The translations under genes were made by a program, and so were the position numbers. The notes below the pieces were generated by a model that searched no databases, was not told the origin of the DNA, and saw only the letters and a list, made by a program, of their open reading frames with translations. From the NCBI GenBank assembly GCA_950097015.1, contig CATNEN010000029.1, positions 3,162,001-3,226,000 on the forward strand: 64,000 bases of DNA. The letters run 5' to 3'. The stretch is from Macrostomum hystrix (Eukaryota > Animalia > Platyhelminthes). Below, piece by piece: positions 38,948 through 52,500 of this stretch. Position 1 is the first letter of the stretch. The number at the start of each line of letters is the position of its first letter.

Positions 38948-41900
38948 ATGGAGTTCGCGGTGTTAGCTACGGCGCGGCTCGGCAGAGCCTCTCAGCTGGA
39001 TGGCGGCTACGGCTGGGCGGTGGTCGCCGCCTCATTCATGATCAGCCTGCTGGCAGACGGCGTCACCTTCTCGTTTGGCCTGCTGCTCACCGAGCTGTTC
39101 AGCTCCATGGGCGGCTCCCGCGAACAGCTGGCTTGGATCAGTTCCCTGCTGTCTGGAGTGCCACTGCTCATGGGACCCATCACTTCCGTGCTCATCGACC
39201 GGTGAGTACGCTTGATTGGAGCACTTTGTAGTTCGGCTCCACTTAACAACAGCCGCCCCCTCATACGGTCCTCATCAACTTCTCATCCGCTTATCATCCG
39301 CTTCTCATCCCCTCCTCGTCCGCTCCTCATCCACTCCTCATCCTCTCCTCATCCGCTCCTCATACTCTCTTCGACCTCTCCCATCCTCTCTTCATCCGCT
39401 CCTCATCCTCTACTCATCCTCTCCTCATCCTTTCCTCATCCTCTCCTCATCCGCTCCTCATCCGCTCCTCATTCGACTTCGTAAACGACTGGCTCAGGTT
39501 TGGCTGCGGGCCAGTGTCCATAGTAGGCGGCCTGCTAGCCTGCCTCGGCTTTGTCCTGGTGTTCGCCTGTCCTCCAAGCCGCCTGCTGGTGATCCTGTCT
39601 GGCGGCTTGTTGTCGGGCATCGGGCTCGGCTTGTGCTACATGCCGGCTGTGACGGCCGTGTCCTATTATTTCGTTCGTCGGCGAGCCTTGGCCACCGGCA
39701 TCTCGGTCTCCGGATCCGGTGTCGGCACGCTGATCTTCGCCTACATCACCGGCGCCAGCTTGAAGGCATTCGGCTGGCGTGGCACCTTCCTGCTGTTGGG
39801 CTGCCTGCTGCTCAATATAAGCCTCTGCGGGGCGCTGTTCCTGCGATTGAAGCCCGAGTTCACTGTTATTCAGCCCAAAAACAAAAGGCAGAATGCCACT
39901 TCAGCGCATAACACTGGTGGAAGCCACCGAGATGGCGGAGGTTCGTGTCTTGTAAATGTCTAGATTGAGTCTAGTAAACATTCTAGATTGAGTCTAGTAA
40001 ACTGTCTAGATTGAGTCTAGTAAACAGTCTAGATTGAGTCTAGTAAACTGTCTAGATTGAGTCTAGTAAACAGTCTAGATTGAGTCTAGTAAACATTCTA
40101 GATTGAGTCTAGTAAACTGTCTAGATTGAGTCTAGTAAACAGTCTAGATTGAGTCTAGTAAACTGTCTAGATTGAGTCTAGTAAACAGTCTAGATTGAGT
40201 CTAGTAAACATTCTAGATTGAGTCTAGTAAACTGTCTAGATTGAGTCTAGTAAACAGTCTAGATTGAGTCTAGTAAACAGTCTAGACTGAGTCTAGTAAA
40301 CAGTCTAGATTGAGTCTAGTAAACAGTCTAGATTGAGTCTAGTAAACAGTCTAGATTGAGTCTAGTAAACAGTCTAGATTGAGTCTAGTAAACAGTCTAG
40401 ATTGAGTATAGTAAACAGTCTAGATTGAGTCTAGTAAACAGTCTAGATTGAGTCTAGTAAACTGTCTAGATTGAGTCTAGTAAACAGTCTAGATTGAGTC
40501 TAGTAAACTGTCTAGATTGAGTCTAGTAAACAGTCTAGATTGAGTCTAGTAAACAGTCTAGATTGAGTATAGTAAACAGTCTAGACTGAGTCTAGTAAAC
40601 AGTCTAGATTGAGTCTAGTAAACAGTCTAGATTGAGTCTAGTAAACAGTCTAGATTGAGTCTAGTAAACAGTCTAGATTGAGTCTAGTAAACAGTCTAGA
40701 TTGAGTCTAGTAAACAGTCTAGATTGAGTCTAGTAAACTGTCTAGATTGAGTTGAATAAAATTTGCCATCGTGCTCAAACTTATTTCCAACCCAGGTTGC
40801 CCGGACGGCACCGCTGGTCGGTTATTTCTAAATCGACGGCATTTGCTGCCTTCGAGAAGCAATATGTGTTACGAGGATCTTTTGCACTCAAAAAATAACA
40901 CCACAGACCCTCCGATTAACCTGGAGTCAAGGATCGATGAAGATATTGGTTCAATGAATTCCGATCGGAACGGGACATGGTTTAAAAAGTTTGTACAGCT
41001 TGAACATTCTTGCTTTTGCTTTTGAAACCGAATTGATGAATTGATATTTTAAACAGATATTATGAAACCGAAATATGAAGAGACAGAAAACTCACACACA
41101 CCGAAATATCCCAACACCGAAATCTACCAACACCGAAATCTCCCTACACCGAAATCTCCCAACACCGAAATCTCCCGACACCGAAATATCCCAACACCGA
41201 AATCTACCAACACCGAAATCTCCCTACACCGAAATCTCCCAACACCGAAATCTCCCAACACCGAAATCTACCAACACCGAAATCTACCAACACCGAAATC
41301 TCCCAACACCGAAATCTCCCAACACCGAAATCTCCCGACACCGAAATCTCCCGACACCGAAATCTCCCAACACCGAAATCTCCCAACACCGAAATCTCCC
41401 AACACCGAAATCTACCAACACCGAAATCTACCAACACCGAAATCTACCAACACCGAAATCTCCCAACACCGAAATCTCCCAACACCGAAATCTACCAACA
41501 ATGAATTCCGAAAACTCCCATACACTGAAATATCCCATCAACGAATTCTCCCCACACTGAATTCTCCTAACAACGAAATCCCACAAACACCGAAATCTCC
41601 CGACACCGAATCGTGCCAACACAGACTGGTCTGCCTGCTGCACCACCCTGCCTACCTGTTGTTTCTGGCCTCCAACTGTCTGCTGTACTTCTGGTACAAC
41701 ATCACCTATTACTTCCTGCCGGAACACGCTCTGGAGTTGGGCTTGAATAGCGGCCAAGTAGAACTAATTATAGGCGCCATTGGAGTCTCCAGCGCTATTG
41801 GCCAGATTTTTCTGGGCCTAGCCGCCGACCAATCGAAAATTGACACGACTCTCCTGTACAGTCTGTGCATCGGCCTGGCGGGCTTAGCCAACTGCCTGGT

Positions 41901-43093
41901 GCCCCTGTGCACCAGCTTCGCCTCCCTGCTTATCTACAGTCTGACCTTTGGCCTTATGGTTAGCGCAAACTTCTCTCTGTGCTCAATCTTGCTCATTGAG
42001 CACTTTGGCTTAGACAGGTTCATAGCAGCCTTCGGTGTCACACTCTTCGCCCAGGGACTGTCAAGCCTGTTTGGACCCCCCACGATCGGTAAGCTGTATA
42101 TGATGAGCAGTGTCTGATTATTACTGTCATTTCTGCTCTGAGTCTGTCAGTCTTTTGCTGTGATTTATGTCTTGAGCAGTTGATTGCTGTCAAGTCTGTT
42201 CTGAGCAGTTTATTGCTGTCAAGTCTGTTCTGAGCAGTTTATTGCTGTCAAGTCTGTTCTGAGCAGTTTATTGCTGTCAAGTCTGTTCTGAGCAGTTTAT
42301 TGCTGTCAAGTCTGTTCTGAGCAGTTTATTGCTGTCAAGCCTGTTCTGAGCAGTTTATTGCTGTCAAGTCTGATCTGAGCAGTTTGTTGCTGTCAAGTCT
42401 GTTCTGAGCAGTTTATTGCTGTAAAGTCTGTTCTGAGCAGTTTATTGCTGTCAAGCCTGTTCTGAGCAGTTTATTGCTGTCAAGTCTGATCTGAGCAGTT
42501 TATTGCTGTCAAGTCTGTTCTGAGCAGTTTATTGTTGTCAAGTCTGTTCTGAGCAGTTTGTTGCTGTCAAGTCTGTTCTGAGCAGTTTATTGCTGTCAAG
42601 CCTGTTCTGAGCAGTTTATTGCTGTCAAGTCTGTTCTGAGCAGTTTATTTTTGTCAAGTCTGTTCTGAGCAGTTTATTGCTGTCAAGTCTGTTCTGAGCA
42701 GTTTATTGCTGTCAAGTCTGTTCTGAGCAGTTTATTGCTGTCAAGCCTGTTCTGAGCAGTTTATTGCTGTCAAGTCTGTTCTGAGCAGTTTATTGCTGTC
42801 TAACCACAGGCTACATGCGTGACGCGGACACTAACTACAATCGCGCCTTCGTGTTCTCTGGCGCATTCATCCTGGTGTCTGCACTGCTCACTGTCCCGTG
42901 CTATTTTCTACCATTCGTTCGAAGCACATTCACCTACTGCTGCTGCTGCTGGTGTCGCTCCTGCTGTGACAGCTGCGAATGCTGCGAACAGGTCGGCGAA
43001 AATAATCGGAACTCCGCGTCTGCTAGGGCTTCGCCGAAGTCGATGGCCGTGACTGGCAAGTCAGGAGACTCTTTGGATTCTGCCGACCGCTGA
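38948..43093 (+). CDS. Monocarboxylate transporter (SLC16/MCT, MFS), ~545 aa; exons 38948-39201, 39498-39940, 40796-40988, 41625-42088, 42810-43093
   Basis: DGGYGWAVVAASF signature, YFVRRRALATGISVSGSGVG, GWRGTFLLLG and LFGPPTI|GYMRD. The phase-consistent model is 1638 nt. The frame is open upstream to the acceptor at 38776, so the N-terminus may be longer. Confidence 0.9.
39270..39475. repeat. CTCCTCATCC-type low-complexity array, MCT intron 1
   Basis: Direct reading. Confidence 0.85.
39958..40752. repeat. 23-bp array AGTCTAGATTGAGTCTAGTAAAC, MCT intron 2
   Basis: ~34 nearly identical copies. Confidence 0.97.
41095..41610. repeat. 16-bp array CACCGAAATCT(C/A)CCAA, MCT intron 3
   Basis: The main array runs to ~41500, with two more units at 41585-41610. 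Confidence 0.95.
42170..42800. repeat. 29-bp array GAGCAGTTTATTGCTGTCAAGTCTGTTCT, MCT intron 4
   Basis: ~21 copies, ending 9 nt before the acceptor at 42809. Confidence 0.97.
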
Positions 43094-43439
43094 TCGGTGT
43101 CGATCTATGATCTAGATTCTTTACGTAGATACAATAAAATTATGCTGTTTGTTTGCATTTTTCTTATGCTAGTATTATATTAAGCGAGATTTTAATTTTT
43201 AGTATATTTGATGAAAGGAAAAGATTGAGGCGCATTTGCATTTCGAACTTTTTTTAGTGCTGTAGTACGTATAGGCAGTAGTTCAGCTTTTGTTTCGAAA
43301 TAAAATATATTAATGGTTGCCATTTTGTTAATTAAACGAGCAGTAACTGCCTTAAATTATGACTTTTTCTCAAGCCTACAAAAAATGCTTGAATGGATTT
43401 GAGTACACGAAGACCAGAATGAATTTGAGTACGAGTCTG

Positions 43440-43955
43440 AAAATGGATTTGAGCACATGAGATAGATATGGATTTGAGCACATGGGATAGATATGGATTT
43501 GAGCACATGAGATAGATATGGATTTGAGCACATGAGATAGATATGGATTTAAGCACATGGGATAGATATGGATTTGAGCACATGAGATAGATATGGATTT
43601 GAGCACATGTTATAGATATGGATTTGAGCACATGAGATAGATATGGATTTGAGCACATGAGATAGATATGGATTTGAGCACATGTTATAGATATGAATTT
43701 GAGCACATGAGATAGATATTGATTTGAGCACATGAGATAGATATTGATTTGAGCACATGAGATAGATATGGATTTGAGCACATGAGATAGATATGGATTT
43801 GAGCCCATGAGATAGATATGGATTTGAGCACATGTTATAGATATGGATTTGAGCACATGAGATAGATATTGATTGGAGCACATGAGATAGATATTGATTT
43901 GAGCACATGAGATAGATATTGATTTGAGCACATGAGATAGATATAGATTTGAATT
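43440..43955. repeat. 25-bp array GAGCACATGAGATAGATATGGATTT
   Basis: ~20 copies between the convergent 3' ends of MCT and the next gene. Confidence 0.97.
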
Positions 43956-44592
43956 CAAGAGACCGTGATTTAAGTACATGACACGGAGAAAATAGATCTG
44001 GGGTTCGCAATTTATTTAAATGGGTTTAATTCGAGCTTTAAAATAATGAAAAAAGACTTGTTCTGACTTGCCTGCCATCTCTTGACAATCTAGTTTTTTC
44101 TGAATATCTGGGTCATGTTTAAATACACTAAAGCAATAATTAACAAATAATTTTACATTTCTTTTGCAGTTAGAAAATACATATAGCTCATCATTATGCG
44201 TACTATTATCAGCAACAAATATAAAGATAGTCAAAATTTAAAAGTCTATGTTTTTTAAAAAGCAATCACAATAACAAGACTCTGCCTGGGTCTGTATAAT
44301 CTTAAAGAGGCCCAATATAGCTTAACAATATATTTTAACTAAGGGAAATAACAGCAAAAAATGTAAAAAGATCACAGAACTACAAAACTAAGTACAGTCA
44401 GCTGTTATCAAATTCATTCATGGCAGGGTAGTTATAACATCGTTTCTATGTTTTTTTCGTTTTGTTATTGATAACTTTTATCCAATCACGTTCCAGCCAA
44501 TCACAGTACGAGGCGGGTGAGACTTTGGGGAGGGGGAGGCGGCAGTTTGGAGTTGAAACGCGGTCCGCGCAGAGGTCCAAGCCGAGAGTGCT

Positions 44593-47500
44593 CTATGGCA
44601 CCCAGTGGTGCGGCAGTGTTGGCGGCCACATCGGATGTATTAAGTAGTCGCCCCTGACCCTGGTTGGCTGGTAAACCAGGCCACGCGGATGCTGATCCGC
44701 CGACTGCCAGCGCTGCTGCTGCTGCTGCTGCTGCTGCTGCCGACCAGGTGGAAAGCCGGAAGCGGCGCCCAGCCTGTCCCGCTCCACCGGTCCCTGGTAC
44801 TTCATGTAGCGGTGCAGCGAGGGCCGCGCCGTCCTCTGCCAGTCTGTCATGCGCTTCTGCTCAGTAATAAAAGTAATAATAATTACAATTGATTACACCT
44901 GCCCCAATCGAGCCAAGTTTGCAGCCGACCGCACAGCTGCAGTTCAGTCCATGGACTGGGGGGACGCCACACCCACTCTCAATTACCCCAGCTGATGCTG
45001 GTACACGTTTAACAGCTGGTGGAACTGAAGCAATGCAGGGTTTAGTGTCTTGATAACGGAAACAAATTGTCGGGGTCGTGGAGTCGGGAATCGAAACCCC
45101 GACCTTCAAGTGGTGCGTCCGACGCTCTAACCACTAGGCTACAACCTCTTCTACAGCATTAGGCTACCACGTTACAAGCTAAAAAAATTCACTGTGTGAA
45201 TTGACGCCGTCATTTCAACTCACCCTGGCCTGAGCAAAGTCCTCGTCCGCTTCGTCGTCCTGCCAGCGGCCAAGATTGGAGACTCGAAACTCCAGCTTCT
45301 GGCCAAAGACCTCCTCAATTGGGTCTTTGTCGGCGTATTGGCGCAGAGCTCCGTCATCTGGCCGGTCAGCGAATTTAGCGCGCTGCCGCTGACGGGCCGC
45401 CTGCTCCTCTGGCGTGTGGCTGGCGTCAACTAAAGTTCGTGTCGATTAAGTCTATGAGCTGGTTGAGTCTATGAGCTGTGTGAGTCTATGAGCTGTGTCA
45501 GTCTATGAGCTGTGTGAGTCTATGAGCTGTGTGAGTCTGTGAGCTGTGTGAGTCTATGAGATGTGTCAGTCTATGAGCTGTGTCAGTCTATGAGCTGTAT
45601 GATTCTATGAGCCGTATGAGTCTGTGAGCTGTATGATTCTATGAGCTGTGTGAGTCTATGAGCTGTGTGAGTCTGTGAGCTGTGTGAGTCTATGAGCTGT
45701 GTGAGTCTGTGAGCTGTGTGAGTCTATGAGCTGTGTGAGTCTATGAGCTGTGTGAGTCTGTGAGCTGTGTCAGTCTTTGAGCTGTATGATTCTATGAGCC
45801 GTATGAGTCTATGAGCTGTGTGAGTCTGTGAGCTGTGTGAGTCTATGAGCTGTGTGAGTCTATGAGCTGTGTGAGTCTGTGAGCTGTGTGAGTCTATGAG
45901 ATGTGTCAGTCTATGAGCTGTGTCAGTCTATGAGCTGTATGATTCTATGAGCCGTATGAGTCTGTGAGCTGTGTGAGTCTATGAGCTGTGTGAGTCTATG
46001 AGCTGTGTGAGTCTATGAGCTGTGTGAGTCTGTGAGCTGTGTGAGTCTATGAGCTGTGTGAGTCTGTGAGCTGTGTGAGTCTATGAGCTGTTTGAGTCCA
46101 TGAGCTGTGTGAGTCTATGAGCTGTGTGAGTCTATGAGCTGTGTGAGTCTGTGAGCTGTGTCAGTCTATGAGCTGTATGATTCTATGAGCCGTATGAGTC
46201 TATGAGCTGTGTGAGTCTGTGAGCTGTGTGAGTCTATGAGCATGGTGAGTCTGTGAGCTGTGGAGTCTATGACGCTGTGTGAGTCTGTGAGCTGTGTGAG
46301 TCTATGAGCTGTGTGAGTCTATGAGCTGTGTCAGTCTATGAGCTGTGTGAGTCCATGAGCTGTATGAGTCTATGAGCTGTGTGAGTCTGTGAGCTGTGTG
46401 AGTCTATGAGCTGTGTGAGTCTATGAGCTGTGTGAGTCTGTGAGCTGTGTGAGTCTATGAGCTGTGTGAGTCTGTGAGCTGTGTGAGTCTATGAGCTGTT
46501 TGAGTCCATGAGCTGTGTGAGTCTATGAGCTGTGTGAGTCTGTGAGTTGGTTGAGTCTATAAGTTGGATGATCGTCTATTGGCTGGTGTCTATTAGTACA
46601 TAGTATGCTCATACTATCGGTTCAGTAACCAGTAGTATATTAGGCACGCACATCTTTAACTTAATTTGGCGATTGACGATGTATTGAGAAGGAAAGATTT
46701 CAATACTACGAGCGTATATTCTGACGTATGGTGCTGACAGCTAGCTTTTTAACCTAAAGTACTTTCCAGTGTTTATCAATGGGTCTCCTCCTTGCTAGTC
46801 AAGATTCTATATATTTTTGCTTTAAACATACTCATTCTCATTTATCTTTAATTTTGTAAATGGGAAAGCCAACAGCTGTGCCAATTCTGTTCGATCCATT
46901 TTACTGTCTGGCACCGACTTCGCGGCTATAATTCAGGATAAGTCGCTCGACTTACTCTAGCTAATTGGTACTGCTATTGATTTATTATTAGAACATGTGC
47001 GTGTACTCATAGTCAATTGCATACCCTTGTATGGCGCCTTATTGATGGACCCATCCGGATTGCTGAATCCAGGCACATTGTGTAGACGGCATGTCAGAAA
47101 CACCCTGTTAGCATTGAAATGTTTATTATTTTTTTGTTAATCATTACGAAAATACTAGAATCCATCACTTGAAAAAAATAACCATGAACGCTAGTACTAC
47201 AACGTATTATAGTAATAATATTGTAACTACGAGCTAATTGCGCAATCAAAACGGTGTTGATATTTTATAGTAAAAATTTATATTTAAATCGACATAAATC
47301 ACTATGAATCACTATTATTTACAAAAAATATATCAAGCATTTTTTGTCGTTTTAAACTGTACTTTTTTGTTTTTTACATACTTGAGCACTCACAGTTGAA
47401 AACTACAACATAACATCACATCAATACTGCCGTTGTGGTTAATTACATTTTAAGTTTGTATATTACTCTCGCTCGATCGGTTTTCCGTACATTTAATTGA

Positions 47501-49031
47501 TTGAAATTTAATTAGTGTGCTTTTATGAGTTTTTGTTTCTTCTGTATTCTGTAACAGGATGACGTTTTAAGTGCATTTTTAGTAATTTAAAAAAAATTTC
47601 CCCTAAAAAAATTTACAAATTTAATTTTAAATTTAAAAATAAAAAAAAAATTATTATTTTATTTTAAATAAAATTTATAAATTTAAAAATTTAATTTTAA
47701 AACAAATCAAATATGGAATTTAATTCCATTGGCCTTGTATTAGGGCAATTAAATTAAATTTTATGTTATATTTACAGTTTTAAAATTAAATTTAGCAATC
47801 AAATTGACTGGACTTAAACCATTTTAGGGGTTGGAAATTAGTATCAGAGGTGCAGGCTAAGCATCTTGTGATGATTCTGAAGGCCTGTGACTTTGATAAA
47901 GTGTCCTTGAGAAGAACTAGAAAATACGAAACGAGAGAAAAAGATGGGCAGTCTGAGTTTCTGTCTGAGTTTGCGAATCGAGCCGGCTGCAATTGAGCAA
48001 GCTAAACCTGATGAAGCCGCGAGCTGCCGAGACGCGCAGCGATCTCTTTGGCGCCGACAGATGCGGGCCGGGGCAGGATTTACTAAGAGAGCAGCGCGAA
48101 TTGAGCAGCAGCTGTGCTTGGAACGGAGTGGGCATCGGGCCGAGTGGGCTTTTAGCCGAACTCAGGGATGATCAGACAGCCTGGGGGGGGTAGAGAGCTG
48201 GGTGAGCCTTCCAACTGCGGCATACGGAATGCGGGTTTAGCTGTGCCACTCTCGGGTCAATGACTGCATCGCACTGATGCAAACTCGAAGTGGATTTTGA
48301 GTCGTAAATAAATCTGAGCTGATGTCTATATGGCTATAGCAAGCTCTTAGAGTTTGAAGTGCATTGTATAGTTCAGATTGGCAAATTTTTGTAAGGACAC
48401 ATGAGTGTGAATTTCTATGCCACAATGCGTATTGCACAGGGTATGTCACTCACATTGGCGGGTGAGGATTATTTCGCCGATTCGGCGAGGTCGGTCTGAG
48501 CGCCGTGGGCTCGTCAAGCCGCTTCGCTGAGTAGTGCCTCTGGTAAGCTGGTCTGGTCCAGTGGCGGCTGCTGCGGGTACAGGATTTTTGTGAGCTCTTT
48601 AGTGAGTTCATGGGTTCATGAGCTCATGATTTCATCGAGTTCATTAGTTCATGAGTTCATTTGTTCCTGATTTCATCAGTTCATGAGTTCATGAGCTCAC
48701 AGTTATGCTGGAAATGTAATAAATTCAGAAGTAAGTGGGTGGCACCAACAACCTTTGCTACGCTGAGCTGCTGCTGCTGCTGCTGCTGCTGCAGTTTGGT
48801 AGGCCCTTCGCTCCACATCTCGCGCGCCTGACGCCTAATAGCCTCGAGCCGGTCTGAGGCCACTGGAGCCTGGGTGAGCAGCCAGCGCCGGTTATTGTTC
48901 TCCGGTATGAAGCTCTGCTTGATGCCACCGACTGCGGCTGTCTGGGAGCGCTTATGCGCCTCCTCGTGAACCCTGTACAGGTTAGACACGGCGTCGCCGC
49001 GTTGAGCAGGTAGCACGTGTCCGGTTGCCAT
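44593..49031 (-). CDS. Uncharacterised protein, possibly cilia/flagella-associated, ~323 aa; exons 49031-48753 (tentative), 48596-48454 (5' end tentative), 47104-47025, 45429-45224, 44856-44593
   Basis: Junctions GTGAGT (48453), CTAACAG/GTATGC (80-nt exon) and CTTTAG/GTGAGT/GAGCAG give ...RPTSPNRRNNPHPPM|VFLTCRLHNVPGF...YK|VDASH...FAQAR|KRMTDWQR... in frame. The first junction is weak. The ciliary function is an inference. Confidence 0.65.
44864..45146 (-). mobile_element. tRNA-derived SINE family B, full-length (~283 bp) with (ATT)n-like tail
   Basis: Head GGTTGTAGCCTAGTGGTTAGAGCGTCGGAC...GGTCGGGGTTTCGATTCCC (A and B boxes). Body contains CTTCAGTTCCACCAGCTGTTAAACGTGTACC. Tail AATTATTATTACTTTTATTAC. 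Confidence 0.75.
45449..46560. repeat. 17-bp intronic array GAGTCT(A/G)TGAGCTGTGT
   Basis: ~65 copies starting ~20 nt from the acceptor at 45430. Confidence 0.97.
48603..48697. repeat. Short GAGTTCAT-type array in a putative intron
   Basis: Degenerate 8-bp period. Confidence 0.75.
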
Positions 49032-49037
49032 GGTAAC
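49024..49037. promoter_or_regulatory. RFX X-box-like palindrome GTTGCCATGGTAAC
   Basis: One mismatch from the canonical GTTGCCATGGCAAC. It overlaps the first ATG (49031) of the minus-strand gene. Confidence 0.5.
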
Positions 49038-49556
49038 CAGCCGGCTATCCAGGTGCTAAAAGTTTTGCTTCTGTCAGACGCACCGTCTTATCAGTCTAGC
49101 AGCTCACTGAGCTTCTCTTATTTTCACTTTGCAGTTTGCACGATGAAGCTCATACTTGCCTGCGCTGCGGAGGCCTGAGCGGCTAGAAGAGGAGGGTGAG
49201 GTGGGTGGTGGGCTGAAAGATGAACGAACAGTTCACCAGCTCAATAGTATGAGCACGGGGTAAGACGGCTCTGGGATAGAAGGTATAGTCGTCAAGCGGT
49301 TGAGAGACCACAGCCTCTCACCAAGCCGCCATTGGAACACACACACACGCACGCACACACACACTTGGCTTGACAACAATGAATACAGGCCCAGAAATGA
49401 AGGAAGAAACGGAGAGCCAGAGAGAGCGAGAAGCAGAGAGTTGAAGAGAGGCAAGAGAAGAAGCAGGTGAGAGAAGGGCGACAGTTCTCTGGGCTGCCGC
49501 AGAAGTTTCTCTAATACGAGTTGGGCTGCACAATTTTCAATGGCCGTGTAGCCGCA

Positions 49557-52500
49557 TTAGCCGTGACTATAGCGGGACAATGCTCCATTGCGCCAGACGA
49601 TTTCATCTGACCCCATCACTGAATCCACTTCTGACTCTCTGGCGGAAGGCGGAGGAAAGACTATGGTAAGGAGAGTAAGACGGAGGGGAGAGTAAGACGG
49701 AGGGGAGAGTAAGATGGAGGGGAGAGTAAGATGGAGGGGAGAGGAAGATGGAGGGAGAGGAAGACGGAGGGGAGAGGAAGACGGAGGGGAGAGGAAGATG
49801 GAGGGAGAGAGGAAGACGGAGGGGAGAGGAAGACGGAGGGGAGAGGAAGATTGAGGGGAGAGGAAGATGAAGGGGAGAGGAAGACGGAGGGGAGAGGAAG
49901 ATGGAGGGAGAGGAAGATGGAGGGGAGAGGAAGATGGAGGGAGAGGAAGACGGAGGGGAGAGGAAGACGGAGGGGAGAGGAAGATTGAGGGGAGAGGAAG
50001 ACGGAGGGGAGAGGAAGACGGAGCGGAGAGTAAGATGGAGGGAAGAGGAAGATGGAGGGGAGAGGAAGATGGAGGGAGAGGAAGACGGAGGGGAGAGGAA
50101 GACGGAGGGGACAGAAAGATGCAGGGGAGAGGAAGATGGAGGGGAGAGGAAGATGGAGGGGAGAGGAAGACGGAGGGGAGAGGAAGATGGAGGGAGAGGA
50201 AGACGGAGGGGAGAGGAAGACGGAGCGGAGAGTAAGATGGAGGGAAGAGGAAGATGGAGGGGAGAGGAAGATGGAGGGAGAGGAAGACGGAGGGGAGAGG
50301 AAGACGGAGGGGACAGAAAGATGCAGGGGAGAGGAAGATGGAGGGGAGAGGAAGATGGAGGGGAGAGGAAGACGGAGGGGAGAGGAAGATGGAGGGAGAG
50401 GAAGACGGAGGGGAGAGGAAGACGGAGGGGAGAGTAAGATGGAGGGGAGAGGAAGATGGAGGGGAGAGGAAGATGGAGGGAGAGGAAGACGGAGGGGAGA
50501 GGAAGACGGAGGGGAGAGTAAGACGGAGGGGAGAGGAAGACGGAGGGGAGAAGAAGATGGAGGGGAGAGGAAGACGAAGGGGAGAGTAAGACGAAGGGGA
50601 GAGTAAGATGGAGGGGAGAGGAAGATGGAGGGGAGAGGAAGACGGAGGGGAGAGGAAGATGGAGGGAGAGGAAGACGGAGGGGAGAGTAAGACGAAGGGG
50701 AGAGTAAGACGAAGGGGAGAGTAAGATGGAGGGGAGAGCAAGATGGAGGGGAGAGGAAGATGGAGGGGAGAGTAAGATGGAGGGGAGAGTAAGATGGAGG
50801 GGAGAGGAAGATGGAGGGAGAGGAAGACGGAGGGGAGAGGAAGACGGAGGGGAGAGGAAGATTGAGGGGAGAGGAAGATGGAGGGGAGAGGAAGATGGAG
50901 GGGAGAGGAAGACGGAGGGGAGAGGAAGATGGAGGGGAGAGTAAGATGGAGGGGAGAGGAAGACGGAGGGGAGAGGAAGATGGAGGGGAGAGGAAGACGG
51001 AGGGGAGAGGAAGATGGAGGGAGAGGAAGACGGAGGGGAGAGGAAGACGGAGGGGAGAGTAAGATGGAGGGGAAAGGAAGATGGAGGGGAGAGGAATATG
51101 GAGGGGAGAGTAAGATGGAGGGGAGAGTAAGATGGAGGGAAGAGGAAGATGGAGGGGAGAGAAAGATGGAGGGGAGAGGAAGATGGAGGGGAGAGTAAGA
51201 TGGAGGGGAGAGGAAGATGGAGGGGAGAGGAAGATGGAGGGGAGAGTAAGATGGAGGGGAAAGGAAGATGGAGGGGAGAGGAAGATGGAGGGGAGAGTAA
51301 GATGGAGGGGAGAGTAAGATGGAGGGGAGAGGAAGATGGAGGGGAGAGAAAGATGGAGGGGAGAGGAAGACGGAGGGGAGAGTAAGATGGAGGGGAGAGG
51401 AAGATGGAGGGGAGAGGAAGATGGAGGGGAGAGGAAGATGGAGGGGAGAGTAAGATGGAGGGGAGAGGATGGAGGGGAGAGGAAGATGGAGGGGAGAGGA
51501 AGATGGAGGGGAGAGTAAGATGGAGGGGAGAGTAAGATGGAGGGGAGAGGAAGACGGAGGGAGAGGAAGACGGAGGGGAGAGGAAGATGGAGGGGAGAGG
51601 AAGATAGAGGGGAGAGTAAGACGGAGGGGAGAAGCTGATAGCACTGAATTAAAGGCATAAGCAGGCATAAAGAAAGTGGAGGCCTTAGGAGTGAGAGGGA
51701 CAGATGAGCAGCCGTGTTGCAGATTCCACATGTGCGCCAGCCCTAGGCAATAATTAACTTAACTTGGCCCAATGCAACCTAGCCGAATTGTCCTGGCACA
51801 AAAGAAGGTCTTCGCAATGTCTCAGATTTGGAGCAAGCTTGAACAGAGACTTCTTTTACACGCGAGAAATGAGCTTTTCTCTATTCGATACTTTTCTCAG
51901 AGGAAGAAAGTTTGTTTGCTTTGCTCAGATCTGAATTTCTAAGAAGTACAAGTAGTTCTTGTAGCTTCAGTTCTTCTCTACTCAGGTTTTTTCTACCGTT
52001 TCTTCTGCTCCGTGTCTGTTGAGTCAAGATTCTTTGTCGAAAACCTAATTTCGACACCCTAACCTACACGGCAGAGATGAGACACGGGAGAGATGAGACA
52101 CGGGAGAGATGAGACACGGGAGAGATGAGACATGGGAGAGATAAGAGACACGGGAGAGATGAGACACGGGAGAGATGAGACACGGGAGAGATAAGAGACA
52201 GGAGACAGTAGAGATGAGACACGGGAGAGATGAGACAGGAGAGAGATGAGACACGGGAGAGATGAGACAGGAGAGAGATGAGACACGGGAGAGATGAGAC
52301 ACGGGAGAGATGAGACACGGGAGAGATGAGACACGGGAGAGATGAGACACGGGAGAGATGAGACACGGGAGAGATGAGACACGGGAGAGGTGAGACACGG
52401 GAGAGATAAGAGACACGGGAGAGATGAGACACGGGAAACATGAGACAGGGGAGAGATGAGACACGGAAGAGATGAGACACGGGAGAGATGAGACACGGGA

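Noticed and set aside
47917-48193. GC-rich ORF-like island in the intron of the 44593-49031 gene
   Set aside because: The strongest acceptor (48182) gives an immediate stop, and the 80-nt exon at 47104-47025 already satisfies phase.
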